In this document: positions 29,093 through 39,001 of the stretch, in pieces
Layout: each line of letters opens with the position of its first letter
How positions within the stretch are numbered: the stretch's first letter is position 1
Source: an uncultured Chloroflexia bacterium
GTDB taxonomy: Bacteria; Chloroflexota; Limnocylindria; Limnocylindrales; CSP1-4
Assembly: GCA_963752475.1 (NCBI GenBank)
Contig: CAVVYR010000004.1
Span: forward strand, 1 to 64,000
Direction: 5' to 3'
Length of the DNA: 64,000 nucleotides
The notes under the pieces: model-generated
What the model saw: the letters and a program-made list of their open reading frames with translations, nothing else
Told to the model about the DNA's origin: nothing
The model's database searches: none
Program-made: the position numbers and the translations under genes

Positions 29093-30138
29093 GAGCCCGA
29101 CTCTAACGCCGAGGGCTCATCGATGACGTGAGCACCCCCCGGACGGAGGGTGAGTGAGATGGGCGCGCCCACCGCCGGCAGCTCACCTTCACGCGCTTCC
29201 ACGTGCAGCGTCGGAGCACCCTCGACCTCGATCAGCAGCAGCACGTGATCGCCACGGAAGCGTCTGGCGCCGACTCGACCGGTGATGGGGCCGTCTGCCG
29301 CTCGGACCAGCGCCGCCGGACGCAGCACCACCGTGACCTCTCCCCGCGCAGTAGACCCACTCGTGCCTTCGAGCGGGAGCCGGCCCCAGGGCGTCTCGAG
29401 CAGGCCGTCGGCCGTGCTCGCGGGCGCGATGTTGCGGAAGCCGAGGAAACGCGCCGTCCAGGCCGTCGGCGGATGGGTCCACAGTTCCTCTGGCGTGCCG
29501 TCCGCGACGATACCCCCGTCGGCGAGGAGGACCACGCGATCGGCCACGGTCAGGGCTTCGTCCTGATCGTGGGTCACGTAGATGACCGAGAGGCCAAGCT
29601 CGTCGAAGATCGCGCGCAACTCCTCAGGCAGCCGCTCGCGTAGCGCCCGATCGAGCGAACCCATGGGCTCATCGAGCATGAGCAGGCGCGGGCGGGGTGC
29701 CAGGGCACGGGCTAGCGCCACGCGCTGCTGCTCCCCGCCGGAGAGCTGCGAGACCGGCCGACTCTCGGCGCCGGGCAGTCCGACCAGCTCGAGCAGCTCG
29801 TGCACGCGCGCCCGAACGTCACCACTGCCCTGCCCCTGCATGCGCAACCCGAAGGCGACGTTGGCAGCCACGTCCTTGTGTGGGAACAGCGCGTAGTCCT
29901 GGAACATCAGCCCCACGCCGCGCTCGTGTGCGGGCACGCCCGCGAGGTCGCGTCCATCGAGCTGCACCCGCCCGGCCTGTGGCTCCTCCAATCCCGCGAT
30001 CACGCGCAGCAATGTCGACTTGCCGCCGCCCGATGGGCCCAGCACGCAAAGCAGCTGGCCCTCGGGCACGTCGAGGTCCACATGGCGCAGCACGACCGCT
30101 GTGTCGTAGGCGGCGGTGAGTCCCTCGATCGTCAGCAT
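29089..30138 (-). CDS. thiQ: Thiamine ABC transporter ATP-binding subunit
   Basis: [30 protein letters not shown]; TPP-riboswitch operon context. Confidence 0.85.
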   Translation of the reverse strand: MLTIEGLTAAYDTAVVLRHVDLDVPEGQLLCVLGPSGGGKSTLLRVIAGLEEPQAGRVQLDGRDLAGVPAHERGVGLMFQDYALFPHKDVAANVAFGLRMQGQGSGDVRARVHELLELVGLPGAESRPVSQLSGGEQQRVALARALAPRPRLLMLDEPMGSLDRALRERLPEELRAIFDELGLSVIYVTHDQDEALTVADRVVLLADGGIVADGTPEELWTHPPTAWTARFLGFRNIAPASTADGLLETPWGRLPLEGTSGSTARGEVTVVLRPAALVRAADGPITGRVGARRFRGDHVLLLIEVEGAPTLHVEAREGELPAVGAPISLTLRPGGAHVIDEPSALESGS

Positions 30139-30148
30139 CGGTCCCTTC

Positions 30149-31834
30149 CTAGAACGGTTGCGGTCCGCCACCACGCAGGCGCTCGATGAGCAACACCGCG
30201 CTGGCGGTGAGGACCATCAGCACGACCGCCAGCGCCATGGCCGTGGCGAAGTTCGCCGCGCCCGGCTGGCCCAGCAGGCGGAAGATGGCGACGGGGATGG
30301 TGACCGTGTCGGGCCGGGCGATGAAGAGCGTGGCACCGAACTCGCCCAGCGACACGGCGAAGGCGAAGCCGGCCCCGACCAGCGCCCCTCGGGCCAGGAT
30401 GGGCCCGTCGACCTCGCGCCAGGCTCGACGAGGAGACGCCCCCAGTACGGCCGCGGCCTCGCGCAGGCGGTCGTCGATGGAGCGGATCGTGGGCACCACC
30501 GAACGCATCACGAAGGGCAGCGCGATGAGCGCGTGGGCGATCGGGATGAGCAGGATCGACGTGCGCAGGTCCAGCGGTGGAGTATCGAGGGAGACGAGGA
30601 AGCCGAAGCCGACGATGACCGCCGAGGTCCCCAGCGGCAGCATCACCAGCGCGTCGAGCCCGCGCGAGAGCCAGCCACGGCGATAGCCCACGACGGACGC
30701 GGCCAGCAGGCCGAGCGTGCCCGCGATGAGCGTCGTCGCGGCCGCGAAGGCGAGCGAGTCCACGACCGACTGCCAGGGCGCGGCCGAGAGGCGCATCCGC
30801 GGGTCGGCCTCGAGCAGCGCAGCGTAGGCGCCCAGCCCGTAGCCGTCGCCCCACTGCAGCGAGCGCTCAACCAGCACGGCCAGCGGCACGAACATGAAGA
30901 GCACCGTGGCCGTGAGGATCAGGCCCACGACGGTCCGCTCACGTCCGGGGCGTGGTCGGCGAGCGGTCTCGCCGGACCCTCGCAGGCGCTGCCGCACGGC
31001 CAGTCCTTCCTGCGTGCGTGCGCTCGCGAGCAGCAGCGCGATGACGCCGGCCATCTGCAGGATGGTCAGGGCCGCGGCCGTGGGCAGGTCCAGCAGGACC
31101 GCCGTCTGGCGGTAGATCTCCACCTCCAGCGTCGCGTCACGCGGGCCGCCCAGCAGCAGGACCACGCCGAACGAGGTCACGGTGAAGAGGAAGACGATCG
31201 AGGCCGCGCTGATCACCGCCGTGCGCAGCAGCGGCCAGGTCACCTCCCTGAAGGCGGTCCACGGCGAGGCACCCAGCATCCGCGCCGCCTCTTCGGTTCG
31301 CGGATCGATGTTGCCCCACATGCCGCCGACGAGCCGGATGATGACGGCGATGTTGTAGAAGACGTGCGCGATGAGGATGGCCGCGACCGAGCCATCGAGG
31401 CGGACCTGCGGGAAGGCCTCACCGAAGAGGACGGTGAGCAGCTCGTTGATGGGACTGCGCGGGCCGAGCAGGGCCAGGAAGGCACTGCCGACCACGACCG
31501 TCGGGAGCACGAAGGGCACCACCGTCAGGGCCCGCGCGACGCGCTTGCCGGGGAAGGTGAAGCGGGCGAAGACCCAGGCCGCAGGCAGCCCCAGGAGCAG
31601 CGTCAGCAGGGTCGAGGCACCGGCCAGTGCGAGCGTGAACACGACCGTGTCGAGGACCCACGGCTGGGCCCACGTCTCGAGCACGTGACCCAGCTGCAGC
31701 TGACCCTCGGGGGCGAGGCCCAGCGCCAGGATGTTGGCGACCGGCCACAGGAAGAAGAGGCCCAGGAAGGCGACGGGCAGGGCCGCCACCAGCAGGGCCC
31801 ACTGGCGCGTCAGCGCAGGACGATGTCGGTCCAC
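30149..31834 (-). CDS. thiP: Thiamine ABC transporter permease
   Basis: Two EAA motifs (EEAARMLGAS, REAAAVLGAS), SFGVVLLLGG, SLGEFGAT. Confidence 0.88.
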   Translation of the reverse strand: MDRHRPALTRQWALLVAALPVAFLGLFFLWPVANILALGLAPEGQLQLGHVLETWAQPWVLDTVVFTLALAGASTLLTLLLGLPAAWVFARFTFPGKRVARALTVVPFVLPTVVVGSAFLALLGPRSPINELLTVLFGEAFPQVRLDGSVAAILIAHVFYNIAVIIRLVGGMWGNIDPRTEEAARMLGASPWTAFREVTWPLLRTAVISAASIVFLFTVTSFGVVLLLGGPRDATLEVEIYRQTAVLLDLPTAAALTILQMAGVIALLLASARTQEGLAVRQRLRGSGETARRPRPGRERTVVGLILTATVLFMFVPLAVLVERSLQWGDGYGLGAYAALLEADPRMRLSAAPWQSVVDSLAFAAATTLIAGTLGLLAASVVGYRRGWLSRGLDALVMLPLGTSAVIVGFGFLVSLDTPPLDLRTSILLIPIAHALIALPFVMRSVVPTIRSIDDRLREAAAVLGASPRRAWREVDGPILARGALVGAGFAFAVSLGEFGATLFIARPDTVTIPVAIFRLLGQPGAANFATAMALAVVLMVLTASAVLLIERLRGGGPQPF

Positions 31835-32856
31835 TCGCTGATCCAGGCCTCACGGTTGGCGTCGATGAGCGCCGGGTCCAGGCTCGCGACCTCGGTCGGC
31901 AGCAGCGCGTGCTGCTCGAAGGCCTCCGGCAGGGCCACATCGGAACGGGCCGGGTACACGAACATCGCGAACGGAAGCTCAGCCTGGACGTCGGGGCTCA
32001 GGAGGTAGTCGATGAGCGCGCCGGCCAGCTCGGGCTCTTCCGTGCCGGCGAGGATCCCGGCGAACTCGATCTGCTCGAAGCAGCTGTCCTCGAGTGCCGC
32101 GGTCGGCGAGATCTCCGCTTCGGGATCGGGCCCATAGACGACCTCGGCCACCGGGCTCGAGGCGTAGGAGACGACCATGGGCAACTCGCCCTCACCGCCG
32201 CCGGCGCCGGAGAAGTAGCCGTAGTAGGCCTCTTCCCAGCCCGAGGTGACGGTCACGCCGTTTTCGCGCAGCGCGGTCCAGTAATCGGCCCAGCCGTCCT
32301 CGCCGAAGGCGGCCACGGTCGCGAGCAGGAACGAGAGACCCGGGGAGGACGTGGCCGGGTTCTGGACCACCAACTGGCCCTCGAGCGCCGGGTCGGTCAG
32401 GTCATCGAGCGTCTCCGGCCACGGCAGGCCACCCTCCTCGAAGGCAGCACGGTCGAGGTTCAGGCAGACGAACCCGACATCGATGGGCGTGACGCGACCT
32501 TCCGGATCGAGCTGTAGCTCGGCGGGCACGTGCTCGAGCGCGGCGGAGGCGTGGGGCTCGAAGATGCCGGCCGCGAGCGCGCGGGAGAGGAACGTGTTGT
32601 CGACACCGAAGAGGACGTCGGCCAGCGGCGCGTCGGACGTGAGGATGGCCTGGTTGACCATCGAGCCGGCGTCGCCTGCCGGCAGCAGCCGGACGGTCAC
32701 ATCGTGCTCGGCCTCGAACGCCTCGAACGTGCCGTCAGGCAGGAAGAACGAATCGTGGGTCATGAGTGTGATCGTGTCCTCGGCGGCGGCCGGGGCGGCC
32801 ATGGCAGCGACGAGGCCCAGGGCCAGGCCCGTCGTGGCAAGGCGGTTGCGATCCAT
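31810..32856 (-). CDS. thiB: Thiamine ABC transporter substrate-binding protein
   Basis: LMTHDSF, ADVLFGVDN, NPATSSPG, GWEEAY, VVSYASSP, QIEFAG. Confidence 0.92.
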   Translation of the reverse strand: MDRNRLATTGLALGLVAAMAAPAAAEDTITLMTHDSFFLPDGTFEAFEAEHDVTVRLLPAGDAGSMVNQAILTSDAPLADVLFGVDNTFLSRALAAGIFEPHASAALEHVPAELQLDPEGRVTPIDVGFVCLNLDRAAFEEGGLPWPETLDDLTDPALEGQLVVQNPATSSPGLSFLLATVAAFGEDGWADYWTALRENGVTVTSGWEEAYYGYFSGAGGGEGELPMVVSYASSPVAEVVYGPDPEAEISPTAALEDSCFEQIEFAGILAGTEEPELAGALIDYLLSPDVQAELPFAMFVYPARSDVALPEAFEQHALLPTEVASLDPALIDANREAWISEWTDIVLR

Positions 32857-33558
32857 CTAGTTCCCTCCTGCGGGCGAGGCGTCGGCGCTCGACCGACGGG
32901 TATGGATGACGAGCAGCCGGCCGCGCCGCGTGATCACGCGCGCCCGGTCGCTGGTGAGCTCATTGGAAAGGCCGCGGGATGGACCCAGCGGCAGCGTCGC
33001 GTCGGCCAGCGCGAAGCGCAGGCCCTCGGTGGTCACGCCCTCGACCGCGGACCCCAGCGGGAAGAGCGAGACGTAGTCGCCCGGCTCGCCCTCGACCGTT
33101 GCCGCGCCGGGGCCGCCGGCCGTGCCCATGCGCCGGATGTGCGAGCCGCGTCCGCTGATGGCCAGCTCGACCTCATCGAAGCGCGGGTCGACCAGAAGCA
33201 GCAGGTTGGCCACACCATGCTCTGGTCGAACCAGGCCCAGGGCGCCCACGATGGTCACCCGTGTCGCGCCGCGATCGAGGGCCGTGAGCAGACACAGCTC
33301 CATGTCGCTCTCGTCCTTGTCCGGGGCCGCGACGAGGAGCTCCACGCCCAGGGCCTCGAGACGCGCACGCTCCGCCGCGCCCAGCGAATCGAAGTCCCCG
33401 ACCACGATGTCGGGCACGAGGTCGGCAGCCAGCACGTGGGCCGCGCCACCGTCGGCCGCGATGAGCAGGGGCGGCTGGGTTGCGGCGGCCAGCTCGATCA
33501 ACACGGACACGTCGACATCGCCATCGGCGACGACGAGTGCGTGGGTGTGAGCGGCCAT
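32857..33558 (-). CDS. thiN: Thiamine pyrophosphokinase
   Basis: IAADGGA, PDIVVGDFDS, DKDESDMEL, GLRFAL, RGLSNE. Confidence 0.92.
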   Translation of the reverse strand: MAAHTHALVVADGDVDVSVLIELAAATQPPLLIAADGGAAHVLAADLVPDIVVGDFDSLGAAERARLEALGVELLVAAPDKDESDMELCLLTALDRGATRVTIVGALGLVRPEHGVANLLLLVDPRFDEVELAISGRGSHIRRMGTAGGPGAATVEGEPGDYVSLFPLGSAVEGVTTEGLRFALADATLPLGPSRGLSNELTSDRARVITRRGRLLVIHTRRSSADASPAGGN

Positions 33559-33597
33559 GGACGAAACGACCTCCGTCTTGGTTGGGACGGAGGTGCG

Positions 33598-33692
33598 GCA
33601 TCGACTCCCTTCGCCGGTACGAACCGGATCAGGTTCCGAGGGTCTGCGGAGTTCCGCACTCTCAGCGCCCGCTGGCGCTCCCCTGTCCCATA
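33598..33692 (-). ncRNA. TPP riboswitch
   Basis: Reverse complement GGGGAGCGCC…GGCGCTGAGAG…ACCCTCGGAACCTGATCCGGTTCGTACCGGCGAAGGGA, upstream of thiN-thiBPQ. Confidence 0.95.
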
Positions 33693-33734
33693 TGTGGTTG
33701 GCACGGGAAATCGTACACCCCTAGACTCGAAGCC

Positions 33735-34256
33735 ATGCCCAGCGACGCTCACCCGGCCAACGAACGTGTCCGCGCCTACGCCGAGCAGCGTGGCGTGACC
33801 ATCGAGATCACCGCCTTCGACGAGTCCACCCACACCGCCCAGGAGGCGGCCGACGCCATCGGCGTGGCGCTCGGTCAGATCGTCAAGAGCCTCGTCTTCA
33901 TGGCCCCGCTCGACCCGGTCGATGACGACGGCGAGCAGCAGCTGGTGGTCGCGCTGGTACGCGGGACCGACCGTGTCGACCTCGGGAGACTGGCCTCGGT
34001 CTCCGGCCATCCGCGACTCCGACGCGCCTCGGCCAAGGAGGCCAAGCGTGCCACGGGCTACACCATCGGGGGCGTACCGCCCTTCGCCCACGAACAGCAG
34101 GCGGTGGTGGTGATGGACCCCGCGCTCGACGGCTACGAGGAGATCTGGGCCGCCGCGGGCACGCCCACGACGGTCTTCCCTATCGCTCCCGGAACGCTGG
34201 CCGTGCTCTCGGATGCGCTCGTGGCGCCCTGCGCCGAGGACCTGGTCGAGGCGTGA
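33735..34256 (+). CDS. YbaK/EbsC aminoacyl-tRNA editing family protein
   Basis: THTAQEAA…GQIVKSLVF, TGYTIGGVPPF, WAAAG. Confidence 0.9.
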   Translation: MPSDAHPANERVRAYAEQRGVTIEITAFDESTHTAQEAADAIGVALGQIVKSLVFMAPLDPVDDDGEQQLVVALVRGTDRVDLGRLASVSGHPRLRRASAKEAKRATGYTIGGVPPFAHEQQAVVVMDPALDGYEEIWAAAGTPTTVFPIAPGTLAVLSDALVAPCAEDLVEA

Positions 34257-34828
34257 CGGAGAAGGAGATCGGCCGCTCGACGGTGACCTACCCGGGCGGG
34301 CTGGCCGCGCGCTACCGCTGGGGTGGGAGTGGTTCCGCAGAGGCGGTGTTCGCGCTCAGCGAGAGCGGCGGCGGCCTCACCGATCACGCCGAGCTCGCCG
34401 GCGGCGACACGACCCGCATGTGCCACGCCGAGCTGCGCGTGGAGGGTCCGCTCGGTACCTGGACGGCACGCTTCGCCTCTCCCGTCTTCGACGTGCCGGA
34501 GGGTCGCGTCTGGGACACCGAGGCTCAGCTCGTGGTCAAGTACGGGTTCCGCGTCTACGGACTGGCCAGCCGGACCGGCGAGCTGCGCTGGTCGCACCTC
34601 TCGGGCACACCCATCGTGGCCGTGCTGGGATCGTCGCGCCTCGATCACGTCATCGTCCAGAGCGAGGTCGAGACGCTCGCACTCGACGCCGCCGGCGAGG
34701 TCCGCTGGCGCGTGGCGCACGGTGAGGTCATCGCCGGCGCCGAGCTCACCGGTGGGGTGCTCACGCTGCAGACGTACGGCGGCGACGTGGTCGCCTTCGA
34801 CCCCACCAGCGGACAGGCCCTGACTTGA
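34253..34828 (+). CDS. Hypothetical protein with PQQ-like beta-propeller repeats
   Basis: TGELRWS, ALDAAGEVRWR, AFDPTSG; start overlaps the ybaK stop. Confidence 0.65.
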   Translation: MTEKEIGRSTVTYPGGLAARYRWGGSGSAEAVFALSESGGGLTDHAELAGGDTTRMCHAELRVEGPLGTWTARFASPVFDVPEGRVWDTEAQLVVKYGFRVYGLASRTGELRWSHLSGTPIVAVLGSSRLDHVIVQSEVETLALDAAGEVRWRVAHGEVIAGAELTGGVLTLQTYGGDVVAFDPTSGQALT

Positions 34829-35054
34829 CCGTTCCGCGCACGCCCGAGCGTGATGTGGATGAACGGTGGACAGGACGGTGCGTGCATACACCACATAACC
34901 CTTCCGTACCGTTGACCACCGCCCGGGCCGAGTCATACCGTCGGCCTCGACCCGGAGGGGCCCGGGAACCGACTAATGGCCAAGATGACATCACGGCCCA
35001 TGTCGCGTGGAAGGTTCCTTCGGGTCGTTGCCTGCCCGCCGCGGTGAACGACCG

Positions 35055-35780
35055 ATGATCGGTTTCGCCATCACCGCCCTCGGCTTCGGGGCCGGACTCG
35101 TGGGCTACCTCCTGCTCCGCCGCAGCGGCACCGGCTGGCGTGTCGGTCGCCTGCTCGCGGCCGCTCCCGAACGAACGCTCGCCCAGGCCGCGGCCCTGGC
35201 TGCCGACGGCGAACCCGGCTACGTCCGCCTGCACGGACGCATCGACAGCGACGAGGAGTTCCCCGGCGACGACGGCAAGCCCCTCGTCTATCGCCGACGC
35301 CGACTGCAGGGCCGTCGCGGCCGGGGCGACTGGGCGACCTTCGACGACCAGCGCCTGGCCGTGCCCTTCCGCCTGAGCGAGAAGGGCGAGCAGGTCGGCA
35401 TCGACACCGAGGCCCTCGGCGACGGGCTGGTGGTCGTGCCCCGCGAGTCGGAGGGCGTGGCCGGCGACCTGACCTCCGATGCGGTCAGCGGCAAGCTGCC
35501 GGAGATGCCGCCCGAGACACCCGTGCGCCTACGCATCGAACAGGTCTCGGCCGTCGACCACGCCACCGCTGCCGGTGTACCCCGGATCGGCGAGGGCGGA
35601 GCCGTCGTGCTCGGAGCGGGCCTGGGCCGACCGCTGGTGCTGACCACACTCGACCTCGACGAGGCCATGCGGGTGCTCGCCGGCGGACGACGCACCGAGC
35701 TGCTGGTGGCGACGGGCCTGCTGGTGGCGACGCCGGTGATCATCGTCATCGGCCTCATCGCGTTGGCGGCGGGCCTGTGA
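35055..35780 (+). CDS. Hypothetical membrane protein (N- and C-terminal TM helices, GIDE-like layout)
   Basis: TM helix, YVRLHGRI…VPFRL, C-terminal TM helix. Confidence 0.65.
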   Translation: MIGFAITALGFGAGLVGYLLLRRSGTGWRVGRLLAAAPERTLAQAAALAADGEPGYVRLHGRIDSDEEFPGDDGKPLVYRRRRLQGRRGRGDWATFDDQRLAVPFRLSEKGEQVGIDTEALGDGLVVVPRESEGVAGDLTSDAVSGKLPEMPPETPVRLRIEQVSAVDHATAAGVPRIGEGGAVVLGAGLGRPLVLTTLDLDEAMRVLAGGRRTELLVATGLLVATPVIIVIGLIALAAGL

Positions 35781-36034
35781 GCCGGTCGCTGTGGGCGGTA
35801 GCGCTCGCGCTCGCGGCGCTCCTTTGCCTCGCAGCATCGAGCCTCGGCGCCGATCCGACGGCCACACCATCGGCCCCAGCGACAGAGATCCTCACCGGCG
35901 GCGATCTGCGCTCCGAGGGCGAGGGCCCAGGGCTCGTGGGCAACCCCCTGCTCATCCTGTTCGCGGTCGTGGGCCTGGGCCTGGCCACGGCCGCGGTGAC
36001 CGTGCTCCTGACGCGGCTGATCCAGCGCGACTGA
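35777..36034 (+). CDS. Small membrane protein
   Basis: Signal/TM helix, GDLRSEGEGPGLVG, second TM helix; overlaps the upstream stop. Confidence 0.6.
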   Translation: MSRSLWAVALALAALLCLAASSLGADPTATPSAPATEILTGGDLRSEGEGPGLVGNPLLILFAVVGLGLATAAVTVLLTRLIQRD

Positions 36035-36151
36035 CCCCGCGCGAACGACCGCGCGAGCGAGCCGGGCTGGTGCGTCGAGGCACCGGGCCACCCCCCGTTT
36101 GGTACGGAACTCCCATATGAGGAGTTGTGAGGTTCGAGCAGCATCACGGGG

Positions 36152-37930
36152 ATGACGCCATCTGCCGCCGCCTCGCTGCCCATCACCAAGGCGGCCCGCG
36201 TGCTCGGGGTGCACCCCAACACGCTGCGCGCCTGGGCCGACCAGGGACGCATCCGCTGCCTGCGGGTGAACGCCCGAGGCGATCGGCGCTTCCTGGTCGA
36301 CGACCTCGAGGCCTTCGTGCGCGAGGCCAGGACCGACGAGACCGACCGCGGCTCTCGGGCCGACTGGGAAGCTCAGATCGACTCCATCGCCCGACTGGGC
36401 ACGCGGCTCAACCACCTCAGCTCGGCGGCCGACATCGGTACCGCTATCTGCCACGGGCTACGGGAGCTCATCGACTACCACAACGTGCGCGTGTATCGCG
36501 TCGATGGTGACGACGTCGTGCCGGTGGCCTGGCGCGGTGAGGACGGCACCTACGGTGACGAGGCCGGCGAGCAACTGCGCACACGAGTCGGCGAGGGCAT
36601 CACCGGTTGGGTCGCCAAGCATGGTGTGGCCCAGTACCTGCCCGATGCCATGGCCGATCCGCGCGGCTCGCACGTCCCGGGCACCGAGGAGCACCTCGAC
36701 GAATCGCTGCTGGTCGCACCGATGCTCTACGAGGACCGGGTGATCGGCGTGATCGTGCTGGCCAAGCTCGGGCTCGACCGCTTCTCCGCTGACGACCTGC
36801 GCTATCTCGGGGTCTACGCCTCGATCGCGGCGCAGGCCATGGTCAATGCCGACATCTCACATCGGTTGCAGGTCCAGGCTCGCACGCTCGATCGCCAGCT
36901 GCGCAGCCAGGCCGAGCTGCTGCGCGTGACCGAACGCATCCTGACCACCCTCGACCCGGCCGCCGTCATCGCCGAGATCGCCGACAGCCTCGCGGGCCTC
37001 ATCCCCATCGACACGCTCGGCGTGTACGTCCACGTTCCCCAACAACACACGCTCGACCCCCTGCTCGCGCGCGGCATCGGCTCCGACGTCTTCATGTCAC
37101 GCCGGCTGCCGGACTCCGGCGAGGTCGTCTCGGAGGTGCTCCGCACCGGCGATGCCCGCAGCGTCACCCGTGAAGCCCGGGCCGCGCGCGGCGAGGCGGC
37201 GGCCCTCATCCTGGCGCCGCTGCGCGGACCGGATCGCGTCATCGGGGTGCTCTACCTCAAGCGTCTCGGCAGCGAGGCCCGCTTCGACGAGCGCGAGTTC
37301 CAGATCGTGCGGTTGTTCGCGGCCCATGTCTCGATCGCGCTGCAGAACGCGCTGGCACATCGGGCGGTCGAATTGCGCGCGCAGACCGACGCCCTGACCG
37401 GACTGCGCAATCACGGCACCTTCCGTGATGACCTGCGCTTGGCCGTCGAGCGGGGCCAGCCCTTCTCGCTGCTGATGCTCGACCTCGACGACTTCAAGAC
37501 CTACAACGACCGTCGCGGCCACGAGGCCGGCAACCAGCTGCTCAAGGCCATCGCGTCCGCCATCCGCGCCGCCTGCCGCGAGGACGATCTCGTCTATCGC
37601 TACGGCGGTGACGAGTTCAGCCTCATCCTGCCCAGGACCAGGCTCGCGGGTGCGCTCGAGGTGGCCGAGCGCGTGCGCGACGGCATCCGGTCGGTGCGCG
37701 GTGGTGGGCGACGGAAGAGCGGCATGCGCTGCTCCGTCGGGGTGGCCACGTTCCCGACCGACGCGACCGACCGTGCCGAACTGTTGCTGGCAGCGGACCA
37801 CGCGCTCTATGCCGCGAAACGAGCCGGACGCGATCGCGTCAGCACCGCTGCCGACGGGCTCGAGCTGACCGACGGCTTCGTGCCCCCACCCACGCCCGTC
37901 GACGAGATGGGACCGGCCCCGGCCTCCTAG
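36152..37930 (+). CDS. Diguanylate cyclase: HTH(MerR/Xis-like)-GAF-GAF-GGDEF
   Basis: ITKAARVLGVHPNTLRAWADQG…GDRRF; GEGITGWVA GAF; TDALTGL, DLDDFK, REDD I-site, RYGGDEF. Confidence 0.92.
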   Translation: MTPSAAASLPITKAARVLGVHPNTLRAWADQGRIRCLRVNARGDRRFLVDDLEAFVREARTDETDRGSRADWEAQIDSIARLGTRLNHLSSAADIGTAICHGLRELIDYHNVRVYRVDGDDVVPVAWRGEDGTYGDEAGEQLRTRVGEGITGWVAKHGVAQYLPDAMADPRGSHVPGTEEHLDESLLVAPMLYEDRVIGVIVLAKLGLDRFSADDLRYLGVYASIAAQAMVNADISHRLQVQARTLDRQLRSQAELLRVTERILTTLDPAAVIAEIADSLAGLIPIDTLGVYVHVPQQHTLDPLLARGIGSDVFMSRRLPDSGEVVSEVLRTGDARSVTREARAARGEAAALILAPLRGPDRVIGVLYLKRLGSEARFDEREFQIVRLFAAHVSIALQNALAHRAVELRAQTDALTGLRNHGTFRDDLRLAVERGQPFSLLMLDLDDFKTYNDRRGHEAGNQLLKAIASAIRAACREDDLVYRYGGDEFSLILPRTRLAGALEVAERVRDGIRSVRGGGRRKSGMRCSVGVATFPTDATDRAELLLAADHALYAAKRAGRDRVSTAADGLELTDGFVPPPTPVDEMGPAPAS

Positions 37931-38919
37931 CGTGCGCGCGGGCGCCTCGGCGGCGGAGGTGGGACGCGCCGTGGCGGCACTGGTCGCGCGGGTCGTGCTG
38001 GTGGCGCAGGTCGTGCTGGTGGCGGAGGTGGCGGTGCCGGGCGTGCGACCTCGAGCGGCGTGTCGACGCTGATGTCGTACGTCTTGGCCGCTGAGCCCTG
38101 ATGCACCGACAACGCCACGCGGCCGTATGAGTCGGCTGTCAGCAGGGGCGCGCCCTCGGGAACCTCGCCGAACGTGCGCGCCCAAGTCAGGGACACCTCC
38201 GCCCGGCTGGCACCCTCCCCCTTCCGGAGCAGAAGCCGTTCTCCGAAACGCAGGTTGGGCAGCGCGGCGGCCAGGTCGTCGGCCAGCGCCGAGAGCTTGA
38301 CGTTGCCGAACGTGTCGACGTAGATGGCCTGGGTCCGCATCACCCCGGGGCGGATGTCGGGGCGCGGCCACGCCAGGTCCAGCAGGCGACGCGGGTCCAC
38401 CGACGGACCGAGCTCATCGATGGGCACGCCGGCCGCGAGATGGGCACCTGCGGGGGCGAAGATGTCACGGCCATGGAACGAGGTGCTGACCTCCGGCAGG
38501 GCGTAGCGTGGTTCCTCCAGCAGATGGGCCGCGGTGATGCCACCGAGGCGTGCCGCCGAGGGCATGAGCAGTCCGTTGTCGGGGCCGACCAGGTAGTCGC
38601 CACGCGCGGTCTGCAGGGCCACACCCTTGCGCGCGGTACCCACGCCGGGGTCGACCACGGCCACGTGAGCGCCGATGGGCAGGTACGGGGCCGCACTCCA
38701 GAGCAGGAGCGCCCCGTCGCGGACGGAGAACTTGTCGACGTCGTGGCTGATATCGATGACGTTGGCCTCGGGGCAGATACCGGCCACGACCGCGCGCATG
38801 ATGCCCGCCGAGGGGTCGCGTGAGCCGAAGTCGCTGAGCAGGCTCACGAACGGCGTGCGCACAGCGCCGGTGGTGGCGGCGTTGGCGGAGGTCGTGACGG
38901 TGTCCGTGTAGATCCGCAT
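37927..38919 (-). CDS. SAM hydroxide adenosyltransferase (DUF62; chlorinase/fluorinase superfamily)
   Basis: LLSDFG, VIDISH, VAVVDPGVGTAR, VGPDNG, STSFHGRDIFAP, VDTFGN; Pro/Arg-rich tail. Confidence 0.9.
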   Translation of the reverse strand: MRIYTDTVTTSANAATTGAVRTPFVSLLSDFGSRDPSAGIMRAVVAGICPEANVIDISHDVDKFSVRDGALLLWSAAPYLPIGAHVAVVDPGVGTARKGVALQTARGDYLVGPDNGLLMPSAARLGGITAAHLLEEPRYALPEVSTSFHGRDIFAPAGAHLAAGVPIDELGPSVDPRRLLDLAWPRPDIRPGVMRTQAIYVDTFGNVKLSALADDLAAALPNLRFGERLLLRKGEGASRAEVSLTWARTFGEVPEGAPLLTADSYGRVALSVHQGSAAKTYDISVDTPLEVARPAPPPPPPARPAPPARPARPVPPRRVPPPPPRRPRAR

Positions 38920-39001
38920 CGGCCGAATGGTACGCGCGAGATGCGCGCCTCGGTGTGGCCGACCCGTACCGGGGCCCTGACGGCGGTATGCTCGGCTCCC
39001 G

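Noticed and set aside
37927-38919. Fluorinase or chlorinase
   Set aside because: The DUF62 Asp-Arg-His residues (DPGVGTAR, FHGRD) point to SAM hydrolase, and there is no halometabolite cluster nearby
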